Positions 21,324-33,200 of a stretch of 53,177 nt of DNA are shown piece after piece (the first letter of the stretch is position 1; each line of letters opens with the position of its first letter). A model generated the notes under the pieces. The model had not been told where the DNA came from. It worked only from the letters and a program-made list of their open reading frames with translations, and ran no database searches. The stretch is from Rhizaria sp. SCN 62-66 (Eukaryota), in contig MEDY01000055.1 of the NCBI GenBank assembly GCA_001724265.1, positions 124,001-177,177 on the forward strand. Direction: 5' to 3'. The translations under genes were made by a program, and so were the position numbers.

Positions 21324-22745
21324 TCACCCACGCTTTTGAAACACTTCCAGGTAGTATTTCTCGCGCCACGACTCTTCCGGGTGCGACAGAAGCGTCCCGA
21401 ACATGTGTTTCGGCCACGGGTTGATGGGGTACGCCAAGTCGATGAACGGGTTGTGGCAGTGGCGATCTTGAAAGAACGCGCGCATCTCAATGTACTTCTG
21501 CTGCGAGGTATTTGTGTTGCAGTAGGGTACCGCGTTGTACATGTGAGTGGGGCTCACGTCTTCCGGGCGGCAAAAGCCGTAGAGCAGCCGGTGAGGGTTC
21601 CACTCCTGCAGCAGCTTGTCGGCGTCAATGCCCTCGCAGAGCGTCAGCTCAAGACGCATGGCGCGATAAGCGCTGTTCAACCGCTTCACAAACTCGCTTT
21701 CGCAGTCCGAGCTCATAAGGCAGCGCAGGTTGCCGCCCCTCTCGAAGAAGTAGAGCTCGATGTCGCTCTCAGTGATCCCGGGTTTCAGCACGCGCGCAAC
21801 CGCAGCAAGCTCAACGAGGGGGAGATCGTATAGGTACAGCTTAAGATAGTGGTGCGGCGAGTTGGCGGGATTGTAGTTTTTTTCGTTTGGCAGCGTCGGG
21901 ATAACAGTGCACCATGCAGGCATCTGCACATGAAACTCGTCTTTCCGCAGCTGCAGCGGCGAGTAGAAGTAGAGCGCCTCCGGGCTCGCGACAACATCTT
22001 TGAGGTGGCTGGCCTTGCCCATGTCGCGCTCCTTGGCGTCGTAAACCTCGACGTCGCCAGTGCCGCCCGGCACGTACACAACGCGCCTGTTTGCGAGCTC
22101 GGCCACGACCGGCGTGCCCTGGGCGATGAACTGCAGGATGCAGAAGTTGAGCGCAGCGGACTTGCCGCGGCCCTCAATGCCGTGGACAAGCGCGCCGCGA
22201 AAGTCAGCACGAGGCTCGAGCTCCGAGGGCAGCTTCGGATAACGCGGAGACTTGTATTGTTTCTTGCAGGCTTCAGCGTGTTTTTCGCGGAGCTTCTCAG
22301 CGTCCAGGGCCGCATTGTCGATGACAGCGCGGATAGCTTCGTTCGCGCGCCATGGAGCGACGTCTTCGGTCTTGATCGACTCGTGCAGCGCGCTGAGATG
22401 GGTCATGAGGGTGAACGTCTGATTGGTCGCGGCGAGCGTGGCGCCCGGGGGCGCCTCGGGAAAGCAGGCGAGCGGCGTCAAACCGCCCTCGGGGAGCGTG
22501 CAGGTCGCCACGTAACTGTCGGGTGGAAACCCAGTCGGGATCTTGAGCTGTCCCGAGCGAACGGCATCGACCGTGACTTGGATGCCGGTCTTCCACTCCT
22601 CTAATGTACGAGACTGAGGGCCCTTTGGGGGAGGTGTTTGTTGAGTTGAGAGGCACGCTGCAGTGACGCGTACCAAAGAGGTCGACAACGTGTCAAAGGA
22701 CAAACGTGCGGCGCCATTTTTAGCAAGGCTCAAAAGCCTAAACAT
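21324..22745 (-). CDS. P-loop NTPase resembling Crinkler/RHS-type (CR-NTPase) effectors, with a putative mitochondrial presequence (intronless, 473 aa from ATG 22745)
   Basis: Hydrophobic strand plus Walker A (GALVHGIEGRGKS); downstream PNEKNY, LPLVELAAV, FFERGGNLRCL and PHRLLY in the order recalled for CRN/RHS NTPases; N-terminus MFRLLSLAKNGAARLSF. Confidence 0.65.
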   Translation of the reverse strand: MFRLLSLAKNGAARLSFDTLSTSLVRVTAACLSTQQTPPPKGPQSRTLEEWKTGIQVTVDAVRSGQLKIPTGFPPDSYVATCTLPEGGLTPLACFPEAPPGATLAATNQTFTLMTHLSALHESIKTEDVAPWRANEAIRAVIDNAALDAEKLREKHAEACKKQYKSPRYPKLPSELEPRADFRGALVHGIEGRGKSAALNFCILQFIAQGTPVVAELANRRVVYVPGGTGDVEVYDAKERDMGKASHLKDVVASPEALYFYSPLQLRKDEFHVQMPAWCTVIPTLPNEKNYNPANSPHHYLKLYLYDLPLVELAAVARVLKPGITESDIELYFFERGGNLRCLMSSDCESEFVKRLNSAYRAMRLELTLCEGIDADKLLQEWNPHRLLYGFCRPEDVSPTHMYNAVPYCNTNTSQQKYIEMRAFFQDRHCHNPFIDLAYPINPWPKHMFGTLLSHPEESWREKYYLEVFQKRG

Positions 22746-24343
22746 AGCGACAAACTGCAAGGCAGAGGCAAATGTTGTGCGAACGAAAGAAGGCGAACAA
22801 GGGTGATGAACAGGTGTATGTCGAGTGCATGAGTCGCAACTTGCACCCAAAAACAGCACGTATAAAAGTGATAACTTAGAGTTTGAATTCACTGATAGTG
22901 TTGCAAATTTTCCATACTATTAAGAAATAACAATTAGAGTGCTTCAACGAGATTTTATGCTGCGCGTAAAGCGATCTCATGTCATGCGTCCCTGGGTCGA
23001 TGGTTCCCTGGTTCCATAGTCATCACGTCAAGTTGCTGTGACCACTGGTGACATGAAATCTAAAAACTAAGAGTTATGATTACGGATATTAACAGAGATG
23101 TTGCGAGGTGCGTTATTGGCGGGATGAAATGTTGACGTAAGTGTAATTTTGTCTATCTTGTGTCAGAAGTCACATGACTGTTACACGTATCTCGTTGTGT
23201 GCCAGTCATTCCTGCATTGTGTCATTCCTGCACTGATCGATATGCGACGATTTCTTGTGATAGTGTCTGAATAATGATATTTGTGTATAATCGCACAATG
23301 GCGAGGCGTACTAGTTAGACTGGGGTGGTGAAGGTGGTCGTGGGGATGTAAGTGTGAATGCAAGTGTCATACATGAAAAAGCAATTGAGAACAGAGTCTC
23401 AAACTCAATCTCGTTCTCACACAAATCGTGAAGTGCAAATCTCAAAGCAAGCATAAAGAGCGTAGCGAAGAGCACAACAACGTGAAAAGCAAGATCTAGA
23501 AGCGGAGACCGATGAGATGCAGACGACCGAGACATTTTGGGAGTGCGCTGTACTGATCAGTGTGATATCGTGTAAGTGAGTGTCGCTATCAATGTTATAA
23601 ATGCAACTGAGAGTAGACGTGTTGGAATCAAAGCATGTGAACGGACTGAGAGTAATGCAACAGCTATGTCGTCATCGATGAGGTGAAGCAGGCAGTTGCA
23701 ACACGCCAAAGAGAAATAGCAACAAACAGCTGCAGACATACACGCCCAGAGTGGTATGTACTCAAGCTAAGTCAACTCACACCTGCATCAAACCCACAAA
23801 TACAAACAAGCACAAAGAAACCGAATAGCAACAAAGCAGTCGACAGCGCTCCATAGCAAACAGCAAGGCTGACACACAAAAGCGTGTGGCAAAAAAAGCA
23901 ACAGTCTCGCTTTTAAATTGCCTCTCTCTGCTCGGGCGAATAACTCTGCCTCAACATGTGTGGTGCTGTTATAATCAATGTTGTTATCGTCTGTTCTTAA
24001 AACAACGACAAGCAACGATGATGATGAACATGAGACGGACCAAACGACACCAAAAAAAAATATTACAGAAAGCAAACGAAAAAAGAACTAAGAGAACGAG
24101 GAAAAACAAAAAAGAAGATAGAATTTACATGATATGGACCGGAAATTCGAAGGTGAACGAAAATAAAAAAACAAGAAGATTATTACATATCAGCATAATA
24201 ATAATAATTCGCGCAACTGATGACTTGTTTAGCGCTATCGCTGCTGACTGCAGCATCTGCACAGCGACACAGCTTAGCTCTCAAAGAGCTCCCTCGAACG
24301 AACTGACTGACATAGGACTGGTGAGCACGAGTAGCCAGCGGAC

Positions 24344-25964
24344 TTAGGGGCCGATGAAGAACTTGTGCCGCCAGAGCTGCTCCATGGCGAGCCCGACGCA
24401 CTCGAAGGAAATGCAGCACACGCAGTCGATGAGGCAGCTCGTGCAGTTGCAGCAGCAGCCGACGATGTTCTCCTTGTTCATGTGCGGCTTAAAGCACCCC
24501 GTGCACCAGCGCGGCCGCGCGCGGTCGCGGCACGCCTTGCAGTCAAGCCCCAGCGGGAAGTGGATGCTGCTGTCACCCGCGGCGCGGTAGATGTTGCCTC
24601 GCAGCGGCTGTCGCGCGCGGAACCACGTGCCCACGACCGCAGTCAGCACATGCACCGCGAGGAGCGCGATGGTGAGTACGAAACCCTGTGAGAAAAAAGC
24701 GTACTTGGTGCCCGCGTTGGTGAGCGCCTTTGCGCACGAGGACTCGTACTTGGACCAGATGTAGAACAAGTACGCGGCTGATAGCAGCCCGAATATCCAC
24801 ACGATTTGGGATAAAACGCCCCATATCTTCGAGTACACGACCATGGTCTTCTGGAAGCACGACAGTCGCTCAAAGTCCGAAAAGTGTAGCGACTTGGTCG
24901 AGGCCATGGCGATCGCGTAGAGGATCTCGAGGCCGACGAAGATTCCGAACACGGCGGCGGCGTACTTAAAGGCCGTCTTGTACTCAGTGTTAGGCTTGGC
25001 GGGGCACGTGTCGGTGGCGATGCACTGCGCGTTGAAGTCGGGGATGCACGTGATGTCCGTGGCGTTGATCTGCGAGACGATGCAGCCCGCGGTGTCGAAT
25101 TGGAGCGGGAAGTCGGTGCGGCAGCGCACATTGCAGGCGTCGGAGCCGGCGGTCGAGACGCAGCGCACCGTGGCGTTGGTGAATAGGCAGTTGCCCTCGA
25201 AGGTGTTGCAGGGCCGGAGATCAAAGTCGCCGGTGACGTTGCGGACGCATAGCGCGAGCAGGATGATGTAGATGATCATCTTGACGACGGCGTAAATCAT
25301 GGCGTTGAACTCGTAGGAACCGGTGCAGGGCCCGCCGTACACGTGGGGGTACTCCTGCTCCTTCATGCGCTGCGTGTCCTTGTCCATCTCGCGGCGGCGC
25401 TTCTCCTCGCGCAGACGGTGCAGCTTCTCCAGCATCGCGGGCGACAGGTCGTCGTCGTAGCCGCCGTCGCCCATCATCTCGGTCGTGATGGCGTTCTCGT
25501 CGTGGGCGTTGTTGCGGCCCAGCGTCGCCGAGGCCGACACCATCGGGGGCGGCGCGCGCGACGACGTCGAGGAGCCGGCGTCGCGGCCGCCGGAGGACCT
25601 GTGACGCAGCAGAAGCGAATGCATACACAATAGTGGACATCGAGAGAAAGAGGGAAAGAAACAGATTCAAGGACGGTCGTGAGAATGAAGAGGCAGATAC
25701 AAGAGTGAGATATGAAATGTAAAGAAACGGAGGACAGTAAATAGCAAAATTGAGCCATGAAATGCAGCGTGCACAAACGAATATCGCTGTTGGAGCAAAG
25801 GAGCGAACGTACTGTTGCTTGTTTTCGATGTCGCCGCCATCGTCCGAGTCGGAGTCGGAGTCGTCGCGACGGCGGCGACGGCGGCGGTCGCCGGAGCGGC
25901 CGCCGCCAGTGTTTTCCATCGCCACAGAGCCGGACGAGGCAGCTCCGCTCTGGCCTTGGCCCAT
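24344..25964 (-). CDS. Uncharacterised N-myristoylated 4-TM membrane protein with a Cys-rich loop and tail; exons 25964-25813 and 25598-24344
   Basis: MGQGQS start; phase-2 intron GTACGT...CAG; four hydrophobic segments; about 10 Cys in the first loop; GCCCNCTSC...CVCC tail; GC3-rich codon usage. Confidence 0.8.
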
Positions 25965-26362
25965 AGTGAGCCTAACAGTGCGGGCGGAGCAAGACAGGAA
26001 GCAAGCAAGGGAGGAAGGAAGAGTTGGATATCCAATGCAGTAGATGGGACTGGTGAGCAAGGGATATCACGCGACAATCAGCGCCACAAGGGCTGGAATA
26101 AGAAAAATAACAGTAAAAAGCATGTATAAAACTTCGAAAGTCCTAATGAACATTGCATGTCGACTCCTCGACGCGCTTGAACCTCGCTATTTCGTCTCCT
26201 TTCGTCCTCTCGCGCCCAGCAAACTTTCGAAGCCAGCCTCGGTTCGCGAAAAACCCGGCGACCGCCGACCGAAAGGAAGGAGTGAGCTGATGAAAATTGC
26301 AACTGCCTAGACTCGTGAGGACCGTCAACGATCGTGATTGGTGCGTGTAACAAAACACCACG

Positions 26363-26847
26363 ATGCAATTGTTTGCAGTTTTTCTTCTCATGTGCGCCCT
26401 GTGCGGTTTCGCCCTAGTACGTCCCATCTCCTTCCACCCCTCAACACCCTGTCACATGACTCGTTTTCCCAGCTCTCGCTCACCTCGCTCTTCGTCTGTT
26501 CGTCCTTCTCCTGCCTTCCCGCACAGGCCACGTCCGCCCCGTACGAAGCTGTGTACACGATGCCCTGGTGGGCGGCGATGTACCCCTCGGAGCAGCTCGA
26601 GCTGGTCATGGACATCAACGAGCTCACTGCCTCGACGGTGGGCTCCACGGCGCCGCCCGTCGCGCCCGGTTACGCCCCGCCCAGCGCCGAGACCGTGCTG
26701 ATGCCCTACCAGGGCGGCGGCATGGGCACCGTGCTGCTCGAGGACGCGCCCGAGCCCCCCGCGGGCGCGCCCCCGGAGCACGTCATCGGGCTGGACGAGC
26801 TGGCCGAGATGGTCGAGCAGAGCACGCACAACACCGTGCTCGGCTGA
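26363..26847 (+). CDS. Small acidic secreted protein of unknown function; exons 26363-26416 and 26527-26847
   Basis: Exon 1 encodes the signal peptide MQLFAVFLLMCALCGFAL; phase-0 GTACGT...CAG intron; GC3-rich exon 2. Confidence 0.78.
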
Positions 26848-27461
26848 GGAGCGCGACTGCCCGTAATGATATACCACGCAACCACTTGCTATCACAGCGC
26901 GGTGTGCTGTATCAAGGGTCAAGAGAGTGAGCTGGAATCCTTATATGTGTCTGTGACAGCATCAGGGAAGCGGAAGAGGCATGAGGGCCAGTGCCAGCGC
27001 GAGTGACAGAACACTACGCTTATATGCACTTTAACAACATGCCTCGCTACAATAGACCTCAATTTTTGATAGACCACACTATTTTAAATTGCATACTATG
27101 AAAATGCAATAATGACATATTGTTTTATTAATATAGACTCTGTGAAAGCTTTCGTGGTGAGTTGCAGTGTCCAACGCGTGCAACTGCGACCAAGGACCAC
27201 GAATCGAATCTCGAACTTGTGAAGCGCATCTGGTGCGGCACAGTGTCGCCGTCTAGAATGATGGCGTTTAATGACCCGAATTATCTAAGTGTTTTGTTTT
27301 TATAATTTAAATTAGATTGTCACGTTTTGTCTTTATAGCGTGTCTTGATCTCGTTTTTCCCCACTGGCCCCCTTTCCACGTCAGCCATCTTTCCCCCAAC
27401 TCCCGACATCCAACTCATGCCTATTGCGCCCCTCTCGTCTCCTGACACGCATCCTCCAGGA

Positions 27462-28256
27462 ATGCATCCATTTTCGCAAACCGCTGGTGGTGCTAGCTCT
27501 GGTTTGGGAGGTTACCCCTCTCAGCAGCAGTCGCAGCAGCCTCCGCAGCAGCCGTCTCAGCGGCAGCAGCAGCAGCAGCAGCAGCAGCAGCGGCCGGGCC
27601 AGCCGGGCCAAGGCCCCTTCCCGGCCAGCGCTGCCTCTGCTCTTGCTGCCAGCGCCGCTGTGTCCGCACACCCTTTTGGTGCGTTTGGCGGCTCCGCTTC
27701 CGCTTCAGGCCACCCCCAGCCCCCCTTCGGCGCCGCTGCCGGTAACAGCAGCTACAACAGCAACTTCACGAGCAGCAGCAGCAGCAGCAGTCGCGATAAG
27801 AGCTCCACCGACCCCGGCGCGAGTGCCGTTGCCGCCGTGCTGTCGGCCCCCGCGCACCCACCCCAGCCCGCCTCGGTCCCGCCCGTCTACGGCAGCGGCT
27901 ACGGCGGCTACGGCGGAGGCTACGGCGGGGACACGACAAGCGCCAGCGCTAGCTCCAGTGCCAGCTCTTCAGCGTCGCCGTTTTCCTCGCACGAGATGAG
28001 CGCCCTGTACAACAACAACGTTTACGGCAGCGGTAACACTCACAGCGCGGGTGTGTACGGCCAATACGGCTCTTCGGCCAGCGCTGCGACTGCGGCCCAC
28101 GGCTTCGGCGGCGGCAGCAGCGACGCGTATATCAACGCCGCGCCCTTCGGCTCCTCGGCGCACTTCGGAGCCGATCCCGCGTCTTCTGTCGGCGCTCTGA
28201 ACCCCCCGTTTGGTGGTGGCGCCGCCGCCGCACCGTTTGGCTCTGCTGCTTCATAT

Positions 28257-28300
<44 letters not shown>

Positions 28301-29899
28301 TAACCCACAGCAACACGCATCCGTGCTCGGCGCTGGCCTCGGCCTTACTAGCCCCGGTGTCAGCACCCTCAGCACCGGCGCCGGCGCTGGTCTTGGTGGC
28401 AGCGTGACGGGGCAGAGCGTGGGCGCGCTGATCAAGGCCGCGATGTCGCGGTCTGCCAGCTTAGAGCAGGCGCTGACGCAGTGGGAGCGGGAGAGGCTCA
28501 CCGTCACCGGCGCCGGCGGCAACGCGGCGCAGTTTGACGACGACGAGGAGGAGGGCGGCAACGCGCGCGCCGGCAACGCAAACAACACGGGCGATGGGTT
28601 CGCGCTGAGCCACCGCGCCGGCGCGGGTAGCCATAGTAGCAAGGCGGGGAAGCCGCCGCATAGCGACCGTGCGCAGGACCCCGAGTACTGGGAGGAGGAG
28701 ATGCGCAAGCACGCCGCGCTGCTGGCCGCTGTAGGGGAGCTGGACATCGCAGTCGAGACGGCCGCCCGGGCCGCCACGCAGACGCCGGAGCCCTACGCGA
28801 ACAGGTGCGTCGAAGGTGATCTTGACATATATCACGAAATTGAACGATTGATGTGAGATTCGACGCGAACTTATACTCGTATTTTGCGTGTAAATTATTT
28901 TTTTTTTACAACGATGATTTGACGACGAAAATGTATCACCTTGAACAACGATATACTTAACACGATTATTTGTTGTTGTTTTTTAATTTGTTTTGTTCCT
29001 ATCTTAGCCGCATCGAGTCTCTGCGAGAGACTGTGCGCGACGTCCGTGCTGAGCTCGCACGGTACTCGCGGTCCGCGGCTGAGGCGCGGCGCAAGCTGGC
29101 CGTCAACAAGGCCCTCGTTGGTGGCTACAAGGGCACGCATAGCGCGGAGACAGACGTACGCTGACGACAAACATGTAATCGTGTTATGCAAGTCTATAAA
29201 GTGTTGTAATTGCATTGTATTTGAATTATATGAGACGATTGAATATAATCGTGATCTATTTTGTGTTTTCCGTACTCTTGATCTTATTTCAATATCTGTG
29301 TTCTGTTGTGTCTCTTCTGTTTTGTCATTCCGCATCACGACAATTGCGCATCACAACACACCAGTCCGCGATCGCGCAGCTGGCCCGCGAGCGCGACGGG
29401 CTTAAGTCGGTCGGCAGCGCGCTGGACGACATTGTGGGCGTGGCCCGCAACTCGCTCGCCTCGCTGCACCGCCAGAGGGACATCTTCCAAGGTACGTGTC
29501 ATTCGAAATAACATACTGAAGCACCACGACACGCATTTTACGCATGGCGTCCGCACATCTCATTTTTTTTCTTCTGCTCTTTATTGCCTCGACTTGCTTG
29601 CTTGTTTGTCAACTTGAAAACACTTGTCGCATTCAGGCGTGCACCGCAAGGTCATCGGCGTGGCCGCGTCGCTGGGCGTGTCGCAACAGGTGCTGCGCAA
29701 AATTGAGCGCAAAGAGAACCTCAACGCGATTCTGACCTACGGCTGCATGGTCCTCACGGTGATCATTATCATCGTATTTTATAAGGTCTGGACGGCGAGC
29801 CCCGCTGCGATCGCGGTCGACATGGCCGCCGCCGTGAAGGCCGCGGCGGCCGAGGGCATCGGGAGCGTCGCGCCAGTGCCCGTCGGCGACTGGGACTGA
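27462..29899 (+). CDS. GOSR2: Qb-SNARE of the membrin/Bos1/GOSR2 family with a long disordered N-terminus; exons 27462-28804, 29008-29155, 29365-29491, 29637-29899
   Basis: SNARE motif ERDGLKSVGSALDDIVGVARNSLASLHRQRDIFQGVHRKVIGVAASLGVSQQVLRKIERK followed by a TM helix. Intron phases 2, 0, 1 keep the frame. Start codon uncertain. Confidence 0.8.
28257..28298 (+). repeat. (CAG)14 coding microsatellite (polyQ)
   Basis: Pure CAG run. Similar CAG/GCA/GCC runs occur near 27563, 40691, 41707 and 50701. Confidence 0.95.
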
Positions 29900-30208
29900 G
29901 CGAGAAACAAGAATATGTTGGTGTAAACAACAATACTCAACCGCGCACATGATATCTCAGTGAGTAATTTGTGAAATATCTTATCTTGTGTTGTTCTGTA
30001 TCTGCACATACTCACGATAGCCAGGAGCTAAGGCCATAGTTCAAATAAATAAACTACGGACAACATTTGAGGAGTTCTCTAAGAGAATAGTCACAAAGTA
30101 TGTGTATTATACTGCGATTTGAATATCATAATAACCTATATTTTCTACAAAGAAAGAATCCCCCATCACATCACAGACCTACCCTAGCCTACAGTCCCGT
30201 TCACTCGC

Positions 30209-33200
30209 TTAGAGCGCAGCGGCCGCGGCGGCGACCGCGTCAGCGACCGCAGCCGCGAGCGGCGCAGCCTCGGCCCTGACGTGCACGGCGAGCGCGCCCT
30301 CCGCGAGGCGGAGGTGCACGAGCACGGGCGTCGCGGCGGCCGTGCTGCCGAGTAAGTGCCCGGCCGCGATCGTCTCCTGCTTGCCGGCCGCGGCGGTTGC
30401 GATGGTCTGCACCACGTGTAACCCAGCGGTGCGAGCCAGCGCGGCGATGCCCTCGGTGGTGCCGGCCGCGGCGGGGACGGGCCGCGCGGGCAACTTAGCC
30501 TCGCCCGTCGCGCCGAGCGTCTTCCAGGCCTCGGCGTACTGCTTCGTGACCAGCTGCAGCGGCCGCAGCAGCGCGGGTGCGGGCACGGACACGGCGAGCG
30601 AGTCGAAGGAGCCCTTCTTGCCACCGTCGTGGCCGCCGAACTGCGCAGAAAGCTTCACCACGGCCGCCGCGGCACCCGCGGCGCCAGCGAAGAGCGCGGC
30701 AGCGGCCGAGGTGAAGGTGACAGTCAGCGCGACGGTTGTGGCGGCGGGCACGGAGCCCAGCTGCGCGAGGAAGTATCCGGCGCCGTTGCCGCGGCCGACG
30801 GCGGGGGCCTCGTAGGGCGAAAGCGCCGCCACAGACACGGCAGATGCCGTCGCGGCCGCGGAGGGCAGCGTGACGGCAAGCGCGACGGGGGCCCAGCTCT
30901 GCGCCTGCGACGGGTTAGCCAGGTACACCGTCAGCACGGCCGCCGCGGGGCCCGCGTGGACGGTGTAGGTGACGTTGAAGGAACCACAGAAGAGGCGCGG
31001 CGCGGACGTCTCGGACACGACCTCCTGCAGGGCGGACAGCTGCTGCGCCAGTGCGGGAATCGAGGCCAGCGCGGCGGCGGCGCCCACGGCGGGCGGCACA
31101 GCCGCCGTGGGCGAGAAGAGCGAGTGCCCCGTAGTGGCGGGCATCACGGAGGACGAGGACGAGGAGCCGGTACCGAAAAAGTCGAACGGGCTGGCGGCGT
31201 GCTCGGCGTCGGAGGTGGGGGACAGCAGGTCCAGCGGGCTCGCGGACAGCGCCGCGCCCGCAGACGCGGCGGGAGCGGCCGCGGAGAAGGCTGGGGTAAA
31301 GCCCGTGCCCAGGGAGAAGGGCGCCGCGGAGGCCCCGGCCCCGGCCCCGGCGCTGGGGGTGATGGTGGCGGGGGCGGACGAGCCCATGACCGAGAGCAGG
31401 TCGAAGCTGCCGGCGTTGGAGCTGGCGGTGGCCGCGGGTGCCGCGGCACTGCTGTTGTCGGAGGCGAAGAGCAGGTCCAGAGGCATCGGGCCAGCGGCAG
31501 CAGCAGCCGTAGGGGCAGCGGCAGCAGCAGCGGGGGCAGCAGCGGCGGGGGCAGCGGCGCCGCGCCAGCCGCCCGCGGGCGCGGCGGCGGCGGCGGCGGC
31601 GGGGCGGGCCGCGGGGGGACGCATGCCGGCGGCGGGCGCCGAAGACGTAGTAAGCCCCGCGAAGAGGGACTTGGCCGCGAGCTCCTTTTGGGTCGGCGCG
31701 CGCGGCTTGGCGGCGGCCGCGGCGGCGGCGGCGGCGGTGGCGGCCGCGGAGGCCAAGGCGGCGGCGGACGCGGCGGCCGCGTTGCTGGTCTTGCGGGAGT
31801 CAGCCTCAGCGGCGGCGGCGGCGGCGGTCGCGGCGGCGGCCGAGGCGGAGGCGGCGGAGGCGGCAGCGGCGGCGGCGGCGGCAGCCTCGGCCTTCTTGGC
31901 CTCCTCGGCCTGCTTGTCGGCGTTGAAGCCCTTGGGGCCCCAGGCGCGGCGCGCGGACGACTTGAGCTTGATGCCGGAGTCCATGTCCGCCGCGGCGCCA
32001 GTGTCAGCGCCAGCGCCACCGGCAGCGCCACCAGCGGCGGCGGCGGTCGCGGCGGCGGCGACGGGCGCCGAGGCCGCCGTGACGATGCGCGGTGGCTCGG
32101 GGCGCGTCTCGGGGGGCTTGGCGTAGGCCTCGAAGCGCAGCGTCTTGCCCTTGACGGCAGGCACGATGCCCGTCAGAGCGGCCGCGGCGACGGCGGCGGC
32201 GGCGGCAGCGGCGGCGGGCGAGGCCGAGGACCCCGCGGCGCCCGCGGCGGCAGCGGCGCGGACGAAGGCATCGAGGAACGACAGCGCGGGGTCCACAGCG
32301 AGCGGCGCGTGGCTGTCGACGGGCTGCACGGCCTGCAGCAGGGGGCGGTTGACCAGCAGCGCGGCGCACTCAATCGCGCGCTGTGCCAGCACTGGGTCGC
32401 GCGACGCCTGGCACACGCGCACCAGCGGCAGCACGGCGGGCGGGATGGGCTCCTCCGCGGTCAGGCGCGCGAGCAGCGACTGGACGGCGCCGAAGAGCCA
32501 GAGGCGGACCGACGAGTCGAGGAAGGAACGCGAGTTGAGCGTCTCGCACAGCAGGTCGATCGACTCGGGCGGGGTGAGGATCGACGAGAGGTGGCCGTAT
32601 TCGCCGATGGTCCACACGGCGACCTTGAGCAGCGTGTCGGGTACCGAGCGCGCCGTCTGCAGCAGCGCGATGTAGCTGTCGACGGCGCGCTGGCGCGTAC
32701 CCATGTCGCCCTCGACGTCGCCCGTGCCCTGCGCGATGACGTGCAGCACCGAGTGTCCCAGCCGCGCGGGCGTCGCGTCGCCGGCCAGTTCGAACGCGTT
32801 GTTCATCGTCGCGATAAACCAATCCGTGTCGGGCGCGTACCGCTCCGCCAAGTATGCGATGCGGGTGATCAGGAAGACCTTGGCGGCCGAGTCAGTCGCC
32901 AGGCGCAGGAAACGAACCAGCTTGTCCACGATCGCTGTCACGTTGGCAGGGTTGGTCACCGTGACGAGGAAGTCGAGAGTCTTGCGCTTGAGCGTCTCGT
33001 CCGAGTCCTCCAGGCAGTCGATGACGGTGACCTGGTGCTCGGCCACGAACGAGGGGTCGACTCGGACCAGCGCCGACAGCAGGGTCAGGCCGACGTAGCG
33101 GAAGTTCTGCTGCGCGGGGCCCGTGGCCGACACGCCGTGCTGCTCGGGCTTGAGAAACAGCGCCACAGCCTGCCCGGCGGCCGTCAGCAGCTCCTGGTTC

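Noticed and set aside
23181..24347. Several short ORFs on both strands
   Set aside because: AT-rich with no GC3 bias; the T-rich minus strand fits a 3' UTR of the 4-TM gene
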